Counted from the whole stretch's first letter, positions 1 to 12,206 are shown. The stretch: DNA of 63,498 nucleotides, filler included, from Octopus bimaculoides (GCF_001194135.2; 6 parts of 6 records of this genome joined end to end with filler, not necessarily neighbours in it), one strand, 5' to 3'. Notes: generated from the sequence alone by a model not told the origin. A program made the numbers and translations.

Positions 1-99
1 ATATATAAAGCGTAAAAATCCATTCCGGATGTGTCTCTGAAGCGAGATGAAAACGCTGAATGAATTATCCAAAATTCTGACTACTCTTTTCTTCATATG

Positions 100-162
<63 letters not shown>

Positions 163-657
163 CTATGTTTTTCCACAATCACTTCTTGAAATCAGTGTTC
201 GTGTGTTTAATTCCCTGTCCAAAGAGACCGATAGAATAAGAACCTTGCTTTAAAATTGTACTGGGGGCGATGTATTGGACGATATTTCTTCAAGGTGGTG
301 CCCCAGTATGGCCGCAGTCTAATGACTGAAATAAGTACAAAGATATATACAAGTACATACAATGATATCTTTCAAATTCCCTCTTTCAAAGTCCTACGCA
401 ATGATACCGAACACAAAGCATATAGTTGGTAAGAAAGCCTCTTACCAAACAGCACCTCGTCCCCCGTGACATATGCAGCCATGCCTGAAAAATTTGTGTA
501 ATCACACCACCTGTTGTTGATTCAAATTTATATTAGATAAAACATACTAAACGAAAGCTCTACCTCTAACTATTGGTGGTTTGTAAATAATATACATCTA
601 GTTGATATAACATGACCATATGTAATACAGTGTTACTTTAACATATGTACGTTTTCA

Positions 658-874
658 GGTGACGAGCTAGCAGAAAGGTTAGCACGCCGGGCGAAATGTA
701 TAGCGGTATTTCGTCTGTTTTTACGTTCTGAGTTCAAATTCCACCGACGTCAACTTTGTCTTTCATCTTTTCGCGGGGGTCAATAAATTAAGTACAAATT
801 GCGTACCGGAGTAGATCTAATCGATTGGCCCCCTCCCCCAAACTTTTGGGCCTCGTTCCTAGAGTAGAAAAAAA
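658..874 (+). mobile_element. SINE family A, near full length
   Basis: Head ggtgacgagctagcagaa..., B-box-like gagttcaaattcc and central tttcatcttttcg...gtcaataaattaagtac. Homologous to many other copies in the window. Confidence 0.8.
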
Positions 875-1359
875 TATATGTGCGTTTTACGTTGCTATTT
901 TGTATATCTTACGATACGTAAGTACACTTTGTGCTAAAATATAGCGGTACTGTTACAGCGAATAATCTGTTTTCCGTTTTTCAAAGACAATATTATATAT
1001 TTATACATTTTTTTTTTTTACGAAGAATATCTTTTTGTTGATTATNNNNNNNNNNNNNNNNNNNNNNNNNNNNNNNNNNNNNNNNNNNNNNNNNNNNNNN
1101 NNNNNNNNNNNNNNNNNNNNNNNNNNNNNNNNNNNNNNNNNNNNNNNNNNNNNNNNNNNNNNNNNNNNNNNNNNNNNNNNNNNNNNNNNNNNNNNNNNNN
1201 NNNNNNNNNNNNNNNNNNNNNNNNNNNNNNNNNNNNNNNNNNNNNNNNNNNNNNNNNNNNNNNNNNNNNNNNNNNNNNNNNNNNNNNNNNNNNNNNNNNN
1301 NNNNNNNNNNNNNNNNNNNNNNNNNNNNNNNNNNNNNNNNNNNNNNNNNNNNNNNNNNN

Positions 1360-1447
<88 letters not shown>

Positions 1448-1914
1448 TTCCTCAAAATAATTAACTGCTTATCAAAACCAATATTCAAGAACTATTCTCT
1501 TTTTATTCCACACATCTATCAGCTTAAGATATTTTCTTCAGACAAAATTCTTAAGTACATATTTTGTTTTGTTGAATTACAAGTCTTTAAATTATTTATT
1601 TCAAATTCTGCTCCTAAGCACTACTACTGATTTTATTTACCAATGCAGGCAGATTTATTATGATATATCTTTTTAAATTGATTCTAGTTAATTCTTTAAG
1701 CATATCAAATACACACAACCGTAACTTTATTGAAATTTTGCTGTATCTAGTATTCTAGTTTTTGCCGTATAACTGGTTATGTGCATAGCATTAAATATCA
1801 TAGACTGCGGTCTAGTGCGGTCTGTCCCTGGAACAAGTCAACCGAGCATATAGTGTAAGCATGTAGTGTAAACATTCAGACACCATTCATCACAAGCTCT
1901 CCAAAATCTTGCTG

Positions 1915-2326
1915 CTTTTACTCTTTACTCTTTACTTGTTTCAGTCATTTGACTGTGGCCATGCTGAAACACAGCCTTCAGTAGAGCAAATCGACTCCAG
2001 GACTTATTCTTTGTAAGCCTAGTACTTATTCTATCGGTTTCTTTTGGCGAACAGCTAGGTTACGGGGACGTAAACACACCAGCATCGGTTGTCAATCAAT
2101 GTTGGGGGACAATCTCAGACACACAAACATATACACACACATACATGTATATATATATACATATATACGACGTGCTTCTTTCAGTTTCCCTCTAAAAAAT
2201 CCACTCACAAGGCTTTGTTTAGCCCGAGGCTAAAGTAGAAGACACTTGCCCAAGGTGCCAGGCAGTGGGACTGAACTCAGAACCATGTGGTTGGTAAGCA
2301 AGCTACTTACCACACAGCCACTCCTA
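1915..2326 (-). mobile_element. tRNA-derived SINE family B, full length
   Basis: Minus strand reads ggctgtgtggtaagtagcttgcttaccaaccacatggttctgagttcagtccc (A/B boxes), then an internal (TA/TG)n and a gagtaaa-repeat tail. Closely matches 19811-20208. Confidence 0.85.
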
Positions 2327-2759
2327 CAAAGTATTTACGGTCGTCTAAATTTGTCGCCGTGTCTAAGTCGATTTGGCTCTTTTGTGAATAAATTTTAGTT
2401 TGAAATGTTCGATTTGTATGTCGGAAAATACAATAGTTGTTAAGACTCGACCAACAAACTGTTATAGTGTCACTCGTCTTGTTAGAAATAACAGCCATGG
2501 AGAGAAAGGGAAAGTCAAGTCATCCGGTCAAAACGTCAAGCTACATTTCTTTCGGACTTTTAAGAACTCTGAGTTCAAATCTTAAAAATGGCGGCGTGCT
2601 GGTAGAGTCCTCCACCACCACCAATAACAACAATAACAACAACACTGCCATCACCATCATCATCATCACTACCACTACCACCAACAATACCATCTCCATC
2701 ACCATCACCATCACCACCATCGTTACTTTCACCAGCACGAACGCCGTAAGTAATGCTTA

Positions 2760-2916
2760 GTGGCACTTTTTCCGGATCTTTATACTCTGAGTTCCAATTT
2801 AGCAGAGGTTTACTTGCAGGCTTGATAAAATAAGTACCAGTTGAACACTGCGGTTGATATAATTGGCAAGCCAGCTCTCCTAAAATTCTAGGCCTCTTGC
2901 TTATATTGGAAAGAAT
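2760..2916 (+). mobile_element. SINE family A fragment
   Basis: ctctgagttccaattt...gataaaataagtaccagttgaacactg matches the family A body. Confidence 0.65.
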
Positions 2917-3138
2917 GATAGAGACTAGATTCTAATCAAAGTTGTTTATGAATTCAAGCAATAGTTATTGCAGTCATTGTCCTTACTATGTCCGTTATAA
3001 GCCTGTGTTCTGTATTTATTTGAATTTGAAATGTTTTTCGTAAGTTCGTCCTCGTTCTCATATAGCTGATTCGCACAAAACTAACAAAAACATGTTTATT
3101 ATTGGAACGGTGGTTCTTGAAGCATATAAGCTATTAGC

Positions 3139-3273
3139 AATCCTTTCCACTAAAGGCACAGGGCTTGAAATTTTGTGGGGAGGGGAGTAGTCGATTACAT
3201 CGAGTCCAGTGATTCACTAGTACTTAATTTATCGATCTCGAAGGGATAAAAGGCAAAGTCGACCTCGGCCGGA
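3139..3273 (-). mobile_element. SINE family A, 3' half
   Basis: Reverse complement of gaggtcgactttgccttttatcccttcgagatcgataaattaagtac. Confidence 0.7.
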
Positions 3274-3558
3274 TCAGATAATCCGTAAGTAATAAGATCA
3301 TCCGGGCAGAAAATGGCTAAAGCTACCCGTAAGAATCGAACCCACGTCTCCTGGACAGAAGCAATCCTTCGTATTTCTGTAGTCATTTTAGTAAGTTTAT
3401 TCTTACGATGATATGTGTATGTTGTTGACGTCATATCAAAAAGAATTTTCAGTCAACGTGCTTCAAGATCCCACGTTCCAAAAAAGAATTGTTTCATGTT
3501 CTCTCGAAATTGACAAAAACCTTTTATGACTCTCATATTTATCTATACTTCATAACGA

Positions 3559-4033
3559 AGGCGTGGTTGTGTGGTATGAAGCTTGGTTCCCAACCATATG
3601 GTTCCGGGTTCAGTCCCACTACGTGGCACTATGGGCAATTGTCTTCTGCTATAGCCTCAGGCCGACCAAAACCTCGTGAGTGGATTTGGTAGACAAAAAC
3701 TGGAAGAACTTCGTCGTTTATATATATATGTATATATATATTGATGATACATTGATGATGATGATATATGCATATATATATATATATATATATATGCATA
3801 TATCTATGTGTGTGGTTGTCTTTGTATCTGTTTGGTCCCATCCCCATCACTGCTTGACAACCGGTGTTGTTGTGTTTATGTCCCCCCCCCCGCAATTAGC
3901 GGTTCAGCAAAACAGACCTATAGAATAGGCTTAAATAAACGTCCAGGGTTCGATTTGTTCGACTAAATCTCTTCAAAGCGGTGCTCCAGCATGGGCGTGG
4001 TATAATGACAGAAAGAATCAAGTGATTAAGAGA
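3559..4033 (+). mobile_element. SINE family B, full length
   Basis: gtgtggtatgaagcttggttcccaaccatatggttccgggttcagtccc head, internal microsatellite, 3' gcggtgctccagcatgg. Confidence 0.8.
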
Positions 4034-4261
4034 ATAACATTATGCTCCCTTGAACAGGCATAACTTTATATAACGAATATAAGTTGCTAAATTAATTATT
4101 TAAAAATCATTAGAATAATATTAACGTCTATCATTAATAGTCACATGGGTTTTCATATTCACGTATAATTAATTTAAAACCCCACGTGTTACCCTTAGTG
4201 GGCAGAGCTATTAGGAGAGAAATAATCATTTCTGCGGAATACGAAGCAGGAAGGTTGTAGA

Positions 4262-4494
4262 AGTGGTGGCTGCAGTGGAGATGGTGGTGGTGGTGGTGAT
4301 GGGGATCGTGGTGGTGGTGGGGATCGTGGTGGTGGTGGTAGTGATGATGGTGGAGATTGTTGGGTTTGGCGGTTTGTGGTTGGTAGGTCTGGAAAGCTTC
4401 TGTGACCTTCGTGGATGTGGATGTTGTAGCTACACCAACACCACCACCACCACCACCACCACCACACTGTAATATCATCATTATCATCATCATT

Positions 4495-4525
<31 letters not shown>

Positions 4526-4685
4526 CCGGCACCATTAACATCATCATCGGCGTCGCTGTCGTCATCATCATCAACGTTATCATCGTCAATGTTATCATCA
4601 TCATCGTTAATAACATTGTTTTAATCATCAGTGTTTAATCATCATTGTCAGCACCACCATCACCACCACCACCACCATCATCATC

Positions 4686-4728
<43 letters not shown>

Positions 4729-5010
4729 GCGACATTACAATTATCATTGTCGTTGTGATGATCATCATTACCATCATCATCAACATGATCACCACCACCA
4801 CCACCACCACCACGACCATGACAACAACAATGACGACGACGACGACGAAGNNNNNNNNNNNNNNNNNNGACGACGACGACGACGACGACCACCACCACCA
4901 CCACCACCACCACCACCACCATCATCATCATCGGCCGCAGGAACAGCAGCACCTTCACTGTCATATCTGTCCTCGCCATAATCAACATCATAACCGTCGT
5001 GTGTAACATC
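4262..5010. repeat. Compound trinucleotide microsatellite block (GGT/GAT, CAC, CAT, GAC)
   Basis: Direct inspection. It explains the poly-His/Ile/Met ORFs in the track. Confidence 0.9.
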
Positions 5011-5110
5011 TCAGTTGTCATTGGTACTGGAAGACTGTGACAAGAGGAAGATTTTTGCAGCTTTAGTGTGTGTGTGTGTGTGTGTGTGAATGCATATTTT
5101 TGAGTAAATG

Positions 5111-5170
5111 TGTGTTTGTGTACGAGTGTGTACGTTTGTGTGTGTTTGTGTACGAGTGTGTACGTTTGTG
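5111..5170. repeat. Perfect 30-bp tandem duplication
   Basis: tgtgtttgtgtacgagtgtgtacgtttgtg x2. Confidence 0.85.
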
Positions 5171-5403
5171 TGTGTGTGTGTGTATGTGTGCGTGTGTTGC
5201 ATGCTGTATTTTGTTTTCATATGGTATACAAGTAATTGAATCAATGTGTTTTTCTGAGAATGCATGTATGCATGTATGTATGGATAGATGCATTTATATG
5301 TATATATAAATAAATCTAATCTCGCTCTGCCTCTCTGTCTCTCTCTGTCTCTCTCTCTCTCTCTCTCTTTATATATATATATATATATATATGCATATAC
5401 ATG

Positions 5404-5479
<76 letters not shown>

Positions 5480-6109
5480 TATATATATATATGTATATAT
5501 GTATGTATATATATATGAATGTATATGAATATATATGTATATACATAAATGTAAATGCTTGATTTTTTGTCGAGTTTTAAACACAAAATCATGCACACTC
5601 ACACACACATATATGTATTATCTGTTTATGTGTGTATGTGTGTGTGTGTGTATGTGTGTGTGTGTGTATGTGTGTGTGTGTGTGTGTGAATAACTAAATC
5701 TGCATATAATGTCCCTTCCTCTCTCTTTCACGTGCACATATGCTTGGGTGTGCGTGTATGTGTTGGTGTGCATGGCCTGATCAAAAGATCTAGAAAGTGA
5801 AAGTAAAACCAAACAAAATGAGGGGGAGAGTGAGGAAGGAGACAGACAGAGTGTGGGAGCGAAAGGGAAGAGAGAGTGTGAGGGATAGGGAGAGAGTGAC
5901 GGCTGGAGTAGGGATTTAACACTTAGCTGTATCCACTCCAGATGACACCTTGCATTAGAAACCTATTAACGGTTGTGACGTGGACTATGAGGGGGAGGGT
6001 AAATTTCAAGGAGATAAGAGCTCTCTGCTGTCAACATACGATTGTGTGTTTGTATATATGTACACATACATACGCACACAGACACACACTCACACTCACA
6101 TACACAAAC

Positions 6110-6192
<83 letters not shown>

Positions 6193-6660
6193 CATATACT
6201 TACATATACATATATATATATATACATATGCATATATATACGTTATGTTTATATATATTTACATATATATATGTATGTATGAATCTATACAGCCGATCAA
6301 CCGTGTAGGTATGTATGTATATTTGTATGTGTGTGTATGTGTGTGTGAATTTGTGTTTTCGCACTCACGCACGCACACACACACACACACACACACACCC
6401 ATATATATATGTAAGTAGTTTTGTATGTTCGTTGCTATATATCTGTGAGCATATTTATCTATAGGTTTAGAATAAGATCAATCCCACTCACGCTCTCTTT
6501 ATCTCTCTACGTATCTATTTATTTATCTGTCTAGTAGACACACAGACACACACACACACACACATGCACAGATGTTATATTTCTGTATGCATATGCACGT
6601 ATATAATTGATTGATTAATTCTTATATGCACACACATATTCATATATATATATATATATA

Positions 6661-6760
6661 NNNNNNNNNNNNNNNNNNNNNNNNNNNNNNNNNNNNNNNN
6701 NNNNTTAATTAATTAANNNNNNNNNNNNNNNNNNNNNNNNNNNNNNNNNNNNNNNNNNNN
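6661..6760. other. Artificial 100-bp scaffold gap with TTAATTAATTAA linker (also 24706-24805, 49934-50033, 57262-57361, 61476-61575)
   Basis: 44 N + TTAATTAATTAA + 44 N, repeated identically five times. The palindrome has stops in all six frames. Confidence 0.9.
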
Positions 6761-7990
6761 AAAATAATGGAAACACTTTAAAACTTCAAACAAATTTATT
6801 TTAATATGGGGTAGGACCACCTTTGGCAGTAATTACAGCTTGATTTCTGTGAGTATGGACTCGTACAAAGTTTGAATTGTTTCTAAAGGAATTTTTGTCC
6901 ATTCTTCAGCTAAAACAGTCTCCAATTCTTGTAGTGCTGATGGTGGAGGATATCGACTCCTTACTTGTTTTTCTAAAATGCACCATAAATGTCCAATAAT
7001 ATTGAGACCTGAGGACTGTGGTGGCCAGAAAAGATGTTCAACTTCACAAGAATGTTCCTTGTGCCTTTCAGTAACAACTTTACCGAGGTGAATTGGTGCA
7101 TTATCATCCTGAAAGATTGTGTTTCCCTCTAGAAACAGTTCCGCAACCATAGGATGAATTTGCTCCGGTAAAATGCTTAAATAGTCTTGACTATTTATTC
7201 TGCCAGGAAGGGAAACCATTAGGCCAGTGGATTTCCAAAGATATAGCCCCACCAGATCATCACAGATCCTCCTCCGTGTTTAACAGTTGGAAGAAGACAG
7301 TCTGGGTCAAATACTTCTTTTGGCTGTCTCTACAAATACTCGGCCGGTGGTTGGAAATAAGGTAAAAGATGACTCATTCAAGAAAATAACATTCTCCCAC
7401 TGCTCTTGGGACCAATTCTGCACGTTTTTACTCCACTCTAAATGCTTTGCAATGTTTGTTTTTGAAAGTAGTGGTTTTCTAATTGCAGCCCTCCTATGAA
7501 ATCCAGCTTTGTGCAGCGCCCGGCAAACAGTTTTAATGGAAACTGGGTTCTCGAGGTGGTCATTAAGCACTGCAGTAATTTTGGGAGCTTTACTTTTGTG
7601 ATCCTTTCTAACAATTTGTATATGAGTCTGGTGGTCCCTATCTGAAAGTTTTGGCTTTCTTCCAGAGTTTTGTTTTGATGAGGAGGTTTTTCCCTCTTTC
7701 TCAAAGGCTGTCATTACTTTTGAGACAGTATGTCTCGATACACTAAACATTTTGGCTGTTTTCATTACGCTAGCATCTGCCATATGAGCACCAACAATTT
7801 GACCTCTTTGAAAGACCTATAGAGCTGTCATTTTAATGAATTTTAATTACCTTTTTCTGATGATATCTGAAAAGAAACAGTAATTTTAGCAAAACATATT
7901 AAGCAACACTAATAATAAATAAAAAAACATAGAAATAAACAAGCTTTTGACAGTTTTATAGCTATTTCAAAATTATATTGCTATTGTTTT
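6761..7990 (-). mobile_element. Tc1-like DNA transposon, transposase pseudogene
   Basis: ORF 7307-7783 has an HTH region, SGRKPKL, and WENVIFLNES (first D motif). ORF 6833-7252 has IFQDDNAPIH and WPPQSSGLNIIGHLW. There is a frameshift between the two. The right boundary is approximate and the left end runs into a gap. Confidence 0.9.
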
Positions 7991-8024
7991 ATAAATGTCT
8001 TACAAACATCTTCCACACTGCAAT

Positions 8025-8055
<31 letters not shown>

Positions 8056-8086
8056 GTTTGTATATTATATCATCAACATCATTTTA

Positions 8087-8151
8087 CTGACGAAGTCTGA
8101 ATGACAAATTAATTTATTTGTTCATTAATACCAAAACTTGAGTTTGGGGTT
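8087..8151 (+). ncRNA. Degenerate hammerhead-ribozyme-like motif
   Basis: CTGACGA, stem-II hairpin aatgacaaat/atttgttcatt, then cAAAAC (GAAAC with G to A), ttga loop, GTT. Stem I is not formed. Confidence 0.4.
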
Positions 8152-8340
8152 CACTATAAATAATTTTTGTTTTGATTCCCTTTGGAATTACTTCTTTCAT
8201 GGTTTGGGTTTGGCTGCCTTTTCTAGCATGAGAGGTGTCCTGTAAAGGGTCACCTCTTGTGTATAAATACTTATACACTCTTATATATGAAGATATGTTG
8301 TCTATTGACTTTTATTATTATGTATGCTAGCCACCGGTAT
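8087..8340 (+). mobile_element. Penelope/retrozyme-like terminal repeat fragment
   Basis: Hammerhead-like motif followed by ttttctagcatgagaggtgtcc. Homologous to 12110-12206 (-) and 38380-38590 (-). Confidence 0.5.
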
Positions 8341-8404
8341 GAACATTTTTCTTAATTTTCTACCTTGATAATTTTCACAGTATATATATATACATATATA
8401 TATT

Positions 8405-8560
8405 ACAGGCTTTTTATGGTTTCTGTCTACCAAATACACTTAGAAGGCTTTGGTTGACCCAAAGCTATAGCAGAAGACACTTGCCCAGAGTGCCACACAG
8501 TGAGACTGAATCTGGGACCAATTGGTTGTGAAATAAACTTCTTATCACACAGCCATGCCT
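8405..8560 (-). mobile_element. SINE family B, 5' half
   Basis: Reverse complement of the ggctgtgtgataagaag...ttcagtctcactgtgtggcactctgggcaagtgtcttc head. Confidence 0.7.
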
Positions 8561-8562
8561 GC

Positions 8563-8629
<67 letters not shown>

Positions 8630-8741
8630 TATCTACATATGCATACATACATACATACAAGAATACATACATACAAACATACATACATACATACTTGCAT
8701 ACAAATACACATTCATGCATACACACATACATACATACACA

Positions 8742-9098
8742 CTTGGAATTATTGGGCACTAGGATATATAACACACTACCTAAATACCAATCTTGAAAAA
8801 GTAGGCTTCTCAAACCAGAAAGGAGAAAGCTGATTCGAAGACTACAAATCCAAACCATCACCGGAACTGTAAAAGTTTGTAAAACTTTCCAGAAGTTTAT
8901 CATTTATGTCTAGATATGCAAGTAAATGCATAAGAAGACATACATAAAACACAACATAAAAATCTGCATGTATACATAAATACATACAAAAATACCCTGT
9001 TGTTGCTGTTGAAATTCCAATGAATGAGCTTTGGATCTAGGCTAGAAACCAGCTCTTTCTCTATTGGCAAGAAATCTTGAAATAAAACTGATAATGAC
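8742..9098 (+). mobile_element. R4/Dong-like (RLE) non-LTR retrotransposon 3' end, copy 1
   Basis: Translates ...GALGYITHYLNTNLEKVGFS...LIRRLQIQTITGTVKVCKTFQKF, then a 3' UTR. Flanked by (CATA)n. Confidence 0.75.
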
Positions 9099-9112
9099 AT
9101 ACATACATGCAT

Positions 9113-9597
9113 CACGCTAAAGATTAGCGAAAAAGAGAACAACTACGCCGAGCTACTGAGAAATTTGCAGATACTCCACCCAGACTACAAGTTCAGATTC
9201 ATACCCGTGATTGTTGGGGCATTGGGATATGCAACGAACTGCCTCAACAAAAACCTGGAAAAATTAGGGTTCTCAAAACCTGAAAGGAAAAGGCTGATTA
9301 GAAGACTACAGATTCAAGTCATCAATGGAACTGTAAAGATATGTAAAACTTCCCAAAAATTTAGCACATAAATACATATGCATGCATCTAGACATGAAAA
9401 TATATACATAAAAACGCATCCATAAAACAAACATACAAATCTGCGCATACACTAACACCAAATACTGCACACACACACATGCACAAATACCTAGATGATG
9501 TTGATAAAAGTTCCAATGAAGGAGCCTTGAAACTATGTTAGAGTTCGGCTCTTTCTCTATGGACAAGAAATACAGAAATGAAACTGATTGATAAGAT
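9113..9597 (+). mobile_element. R4/Dong-like (RLE) non-LTR retrotransposon 3' end, copy 2
   Basis: KISEKENNYAELLRNLQILHPDYKFRFIPVIVGALGY...GTVKICKT (K..K.Y and IPVIVGALG motifs of the RLE C-terminus). The 3' UTR is homologous to copy 1 and ends in (CATA)n. Confidence 0.8.
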
Positions 9598-9640
9598 ACA
9601 TACTTACATACATACATACATGCATGAAGATTTTTTTTTT

Positions 9641-9806
9641 CAGTATCCGTTTACTAAATTTTTCAGAAAATCCACTCACAAGATTTTGGTTAACTCAGAA
9701 CTACAGTAGAAGACACTAGCCGAAGGTGATTCACAGTGGGTCTGAATTCAGAACAATGTAGTTAGGATGCAACCTTCCTACCACACAACCGTACCTCCGC
9801 CATCAT
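9641..9806 (-). mobile_element. SINE family B, 5' half, diverged
   Basis: aaatccactcacaag...agtagaagacact...ccacacaacc. Confidence 0.65.
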
Positions 9807-10232
9807 CAACAACAATATAGAACAGAAAAAGATGTGACCATCATCTTATAATAATCATAGCACTAATACTCCATTGATTTCCCCAGCAGAAACAAACTAC
9901 TTTCACCAATAACAACAACAACAACAACAACAATGTTAACAACAAACAAAGCAAAAACAAATACTACATCAAACAAAACATTGTGAAAATGAAAGTGAAC
10001 ATAAATTTGTTTAATGTTGTGATAGTTACAAAAGGATACTTCCTTCACATGTGATTTATACATATGTGTATGCATGTGTGTGTGTGTGTGTGAGTGTGTG
10101 CATGCGTGTGTATATACACACACACACACACACGCATATATGTAAAAATATATAGATAGATATAGATACACACACACATACATATATAGATATATGCATC
10201 CATATATATATATATATTTATATCTATCTGTC

Positions 10233-10263
<31 letters not shown>

Positions 10264-11118
10264 CTATCTATCTATCTATCTATATCGTTATCTCTATCTC
10301 TATATATATACACATACATACATATATACATATACCTCTATGTAAGTATGTATATATACACTGCTGTCCTTATAAAACATTACAAATTTGCATCTGGCTC
10401 CTTCTATGACTGGATAAAATTGATATTACTTCAGAGCAGAAAGGCAAGGAACTGAGAACAATTTATATTTTTTCTGTGCTTTGAGTCTCTCATTCTTGAT
10501 TAATTACAGATAAAGAAATTAATCAAGAGACGGAGAGAAATAAATATGATAGACTATTCAATATTAGTTGTTTGGAGCTTTAGCTGAACAACATGAACAA
10601 GATATTAAGCAGTGTTTTTTTTTATCAAGTTATCTAACTGACTGAATTTTCTAAATAAATCCTTAGAATAGAAACTATACTAGCAGCTGTAGCTGGTGAA
10701 AGATAAATGTGCAGACACACAACGGATATCATGATAGCCAAGTCAGTGGATAATTCAATGAATGGTCTTTGACTGGGTTACTTGTAATTTTGAAAATGAA
10801 TACTGATGTTACACACACACACACGTGTATATGTATGTACATCATTATCATCATTTAATGAAGACTGGAAGTTAAATGATGATGATGATATATATGTGTG
10901 TATGTGTATGTACACACACATATAAATATATATTTACACACACACGTGTGCGTACACACACAAACATATATACACACATATGATGATTGTCTTTATGGTT
11001 TCTTTTTTTCAAGAACAGTTTGATGTATTAGTGAACAGTCAATGGCATTGGAGAGCAGAAAGATTAGAGTTGGTGTCAAGAAAATGCTAGCTGTTGCGGA
11101 GGCCTGGAAACCATTTGA

Positions 11119-11336
11119 ATATTGGTTTCAAATTTTGGCACAAGGCCAGCAATTGGGGAAGCGGATTCAAGTTGATAACATCAGCTCCAGTGCTCAGCTG
11201 GTACTTATTTTGTTGACCCTAAAAGGATGAAAGGCAAAGTCAATCCCCAGTGGCATTTGAACTCAGAATATATTATTGGAAGAAATGCCACTAAGCATTT
11301 TCTTTGGTGCTGTAACAATTCTGCCAGCTGACCACC
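11119..11336 (-). mobile_element. SINE family A
   Basis: Reverse complement of ggtggtcagctggcagaa...ctgagttcaaatgcc...gactttgcctttcatccttttagggtcaacaaaataagtaccag. Confidence 0.75.
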
Positions 11337-11439
11337 ATAAGCTATCTGAATATTGGACAAGTATTTCCTGTATCATAAGGATTTGAGCCAAGTATCAAAA
11401 TGCTAACATCATGATTGCTGCTCAATGCTCTGTGAATGC

Positions 11440-12058
11440 AGCAGAGACTGTAAGATGTGACTGGACATCATGAAAATGAAGTTATCTTAAACTGTGATGG
11501 TTTTTTAGGTGGTCTCCAGTGAGTGTTATGTCATGCCACTTTATATGACAAAGCATAAGGTTGTGAAGCAGTTGGAAACTGTGATCAAACCTTGGCTGGA
11601 GAAGATAGCTGCTAGGCCATACATGTGGCAGCAGGATTTGGCCCCTTGCCATATTTCTGGGAAGAGTTATAAGGGGTTGTCAAGGTATTTCTGACTTCAC
11701 TAGATCCAATTTCTGGCCTCCTAATTCCTGCAATTATAATACATAAATTGCTATGTGTGGGGTGAATTTAAGAAACTCATCAACAACTCTGCTTGGAATA
11801 CCAGGCAAAGCTAGTGGTCAAGACCAAGGAGGTGTTAAGATTACTTCCCAGGAATATTGTGGGAATCATATGTGTCAGGTTCCAGAGCCTTTTGAGGCAG
11901 TGGTGGAAGCTGATGGCAGCTACTTTAAGTAAGCTGTTATCTCTCAGCTATAGTCTAGTTGATGTTTTTGATTTAAAAAAAATACTTTTTGGATGGGATA
12001 CAAGTATTGTTTTCTTTCCTTTCTTGCAAATGGTCAAATTTAGCCCAAACACCACGTA
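11440..12058 (+). mobile_element. Mariner-like (DD37D/maT-type) transposon, 3' part, decayed
   Basis: VVSSE..VMP, VIKPWLEKIAARPYMWQQDLAPCH, FWPPNS...YVWG across frameshifts. Terminal gtcaaatttagcccaaacaccacg|TA. Confidence 0.75.
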
Positions 12059-12109
12059 CACACACACACACATATATATATACACATATATATATACAGT
12101 GTACATTTA

Positions 12110-12206
12110 AACACATAAGAGGTATCCATCATAGGATTCCTTGCACGCTAGAAAGAACAGCTAAGTTCCAAACCACTATTACGTATAAAACTTCAAAGGG
12201 AATGAA
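12110..12206 (-). mobile_element. Fragment of the Penelope/retrozyme-like repeat, cut by a gap
   Basis: cgctagaaagaacagctaagttccaaacc...ttcaaagggaatgaa resembles the reverse complement of 8170-8240. Confidence 0.45.

Noticed and set aside
2585-2595. YY1-like AAAATGGCGGC motif
   Set aside because: It coincides with a family A SINE head (ggcggcgtgctggtagagtc), so it is not evidence of a promoter.
4134-5021. Poly-His/Met/Ile/Pro ORFs resembling low-complexity transcription-factor regions
   Set aside because: Trinucleotide microsatellites are open in several frames on both strands, with no domain or splice evidence.
6705-6716. TTAATTAATTAA recurring five times as a possible regulatory palindrome
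   Set aside because: It is always centred in 44N+12+44N, so it is an assembly linker.
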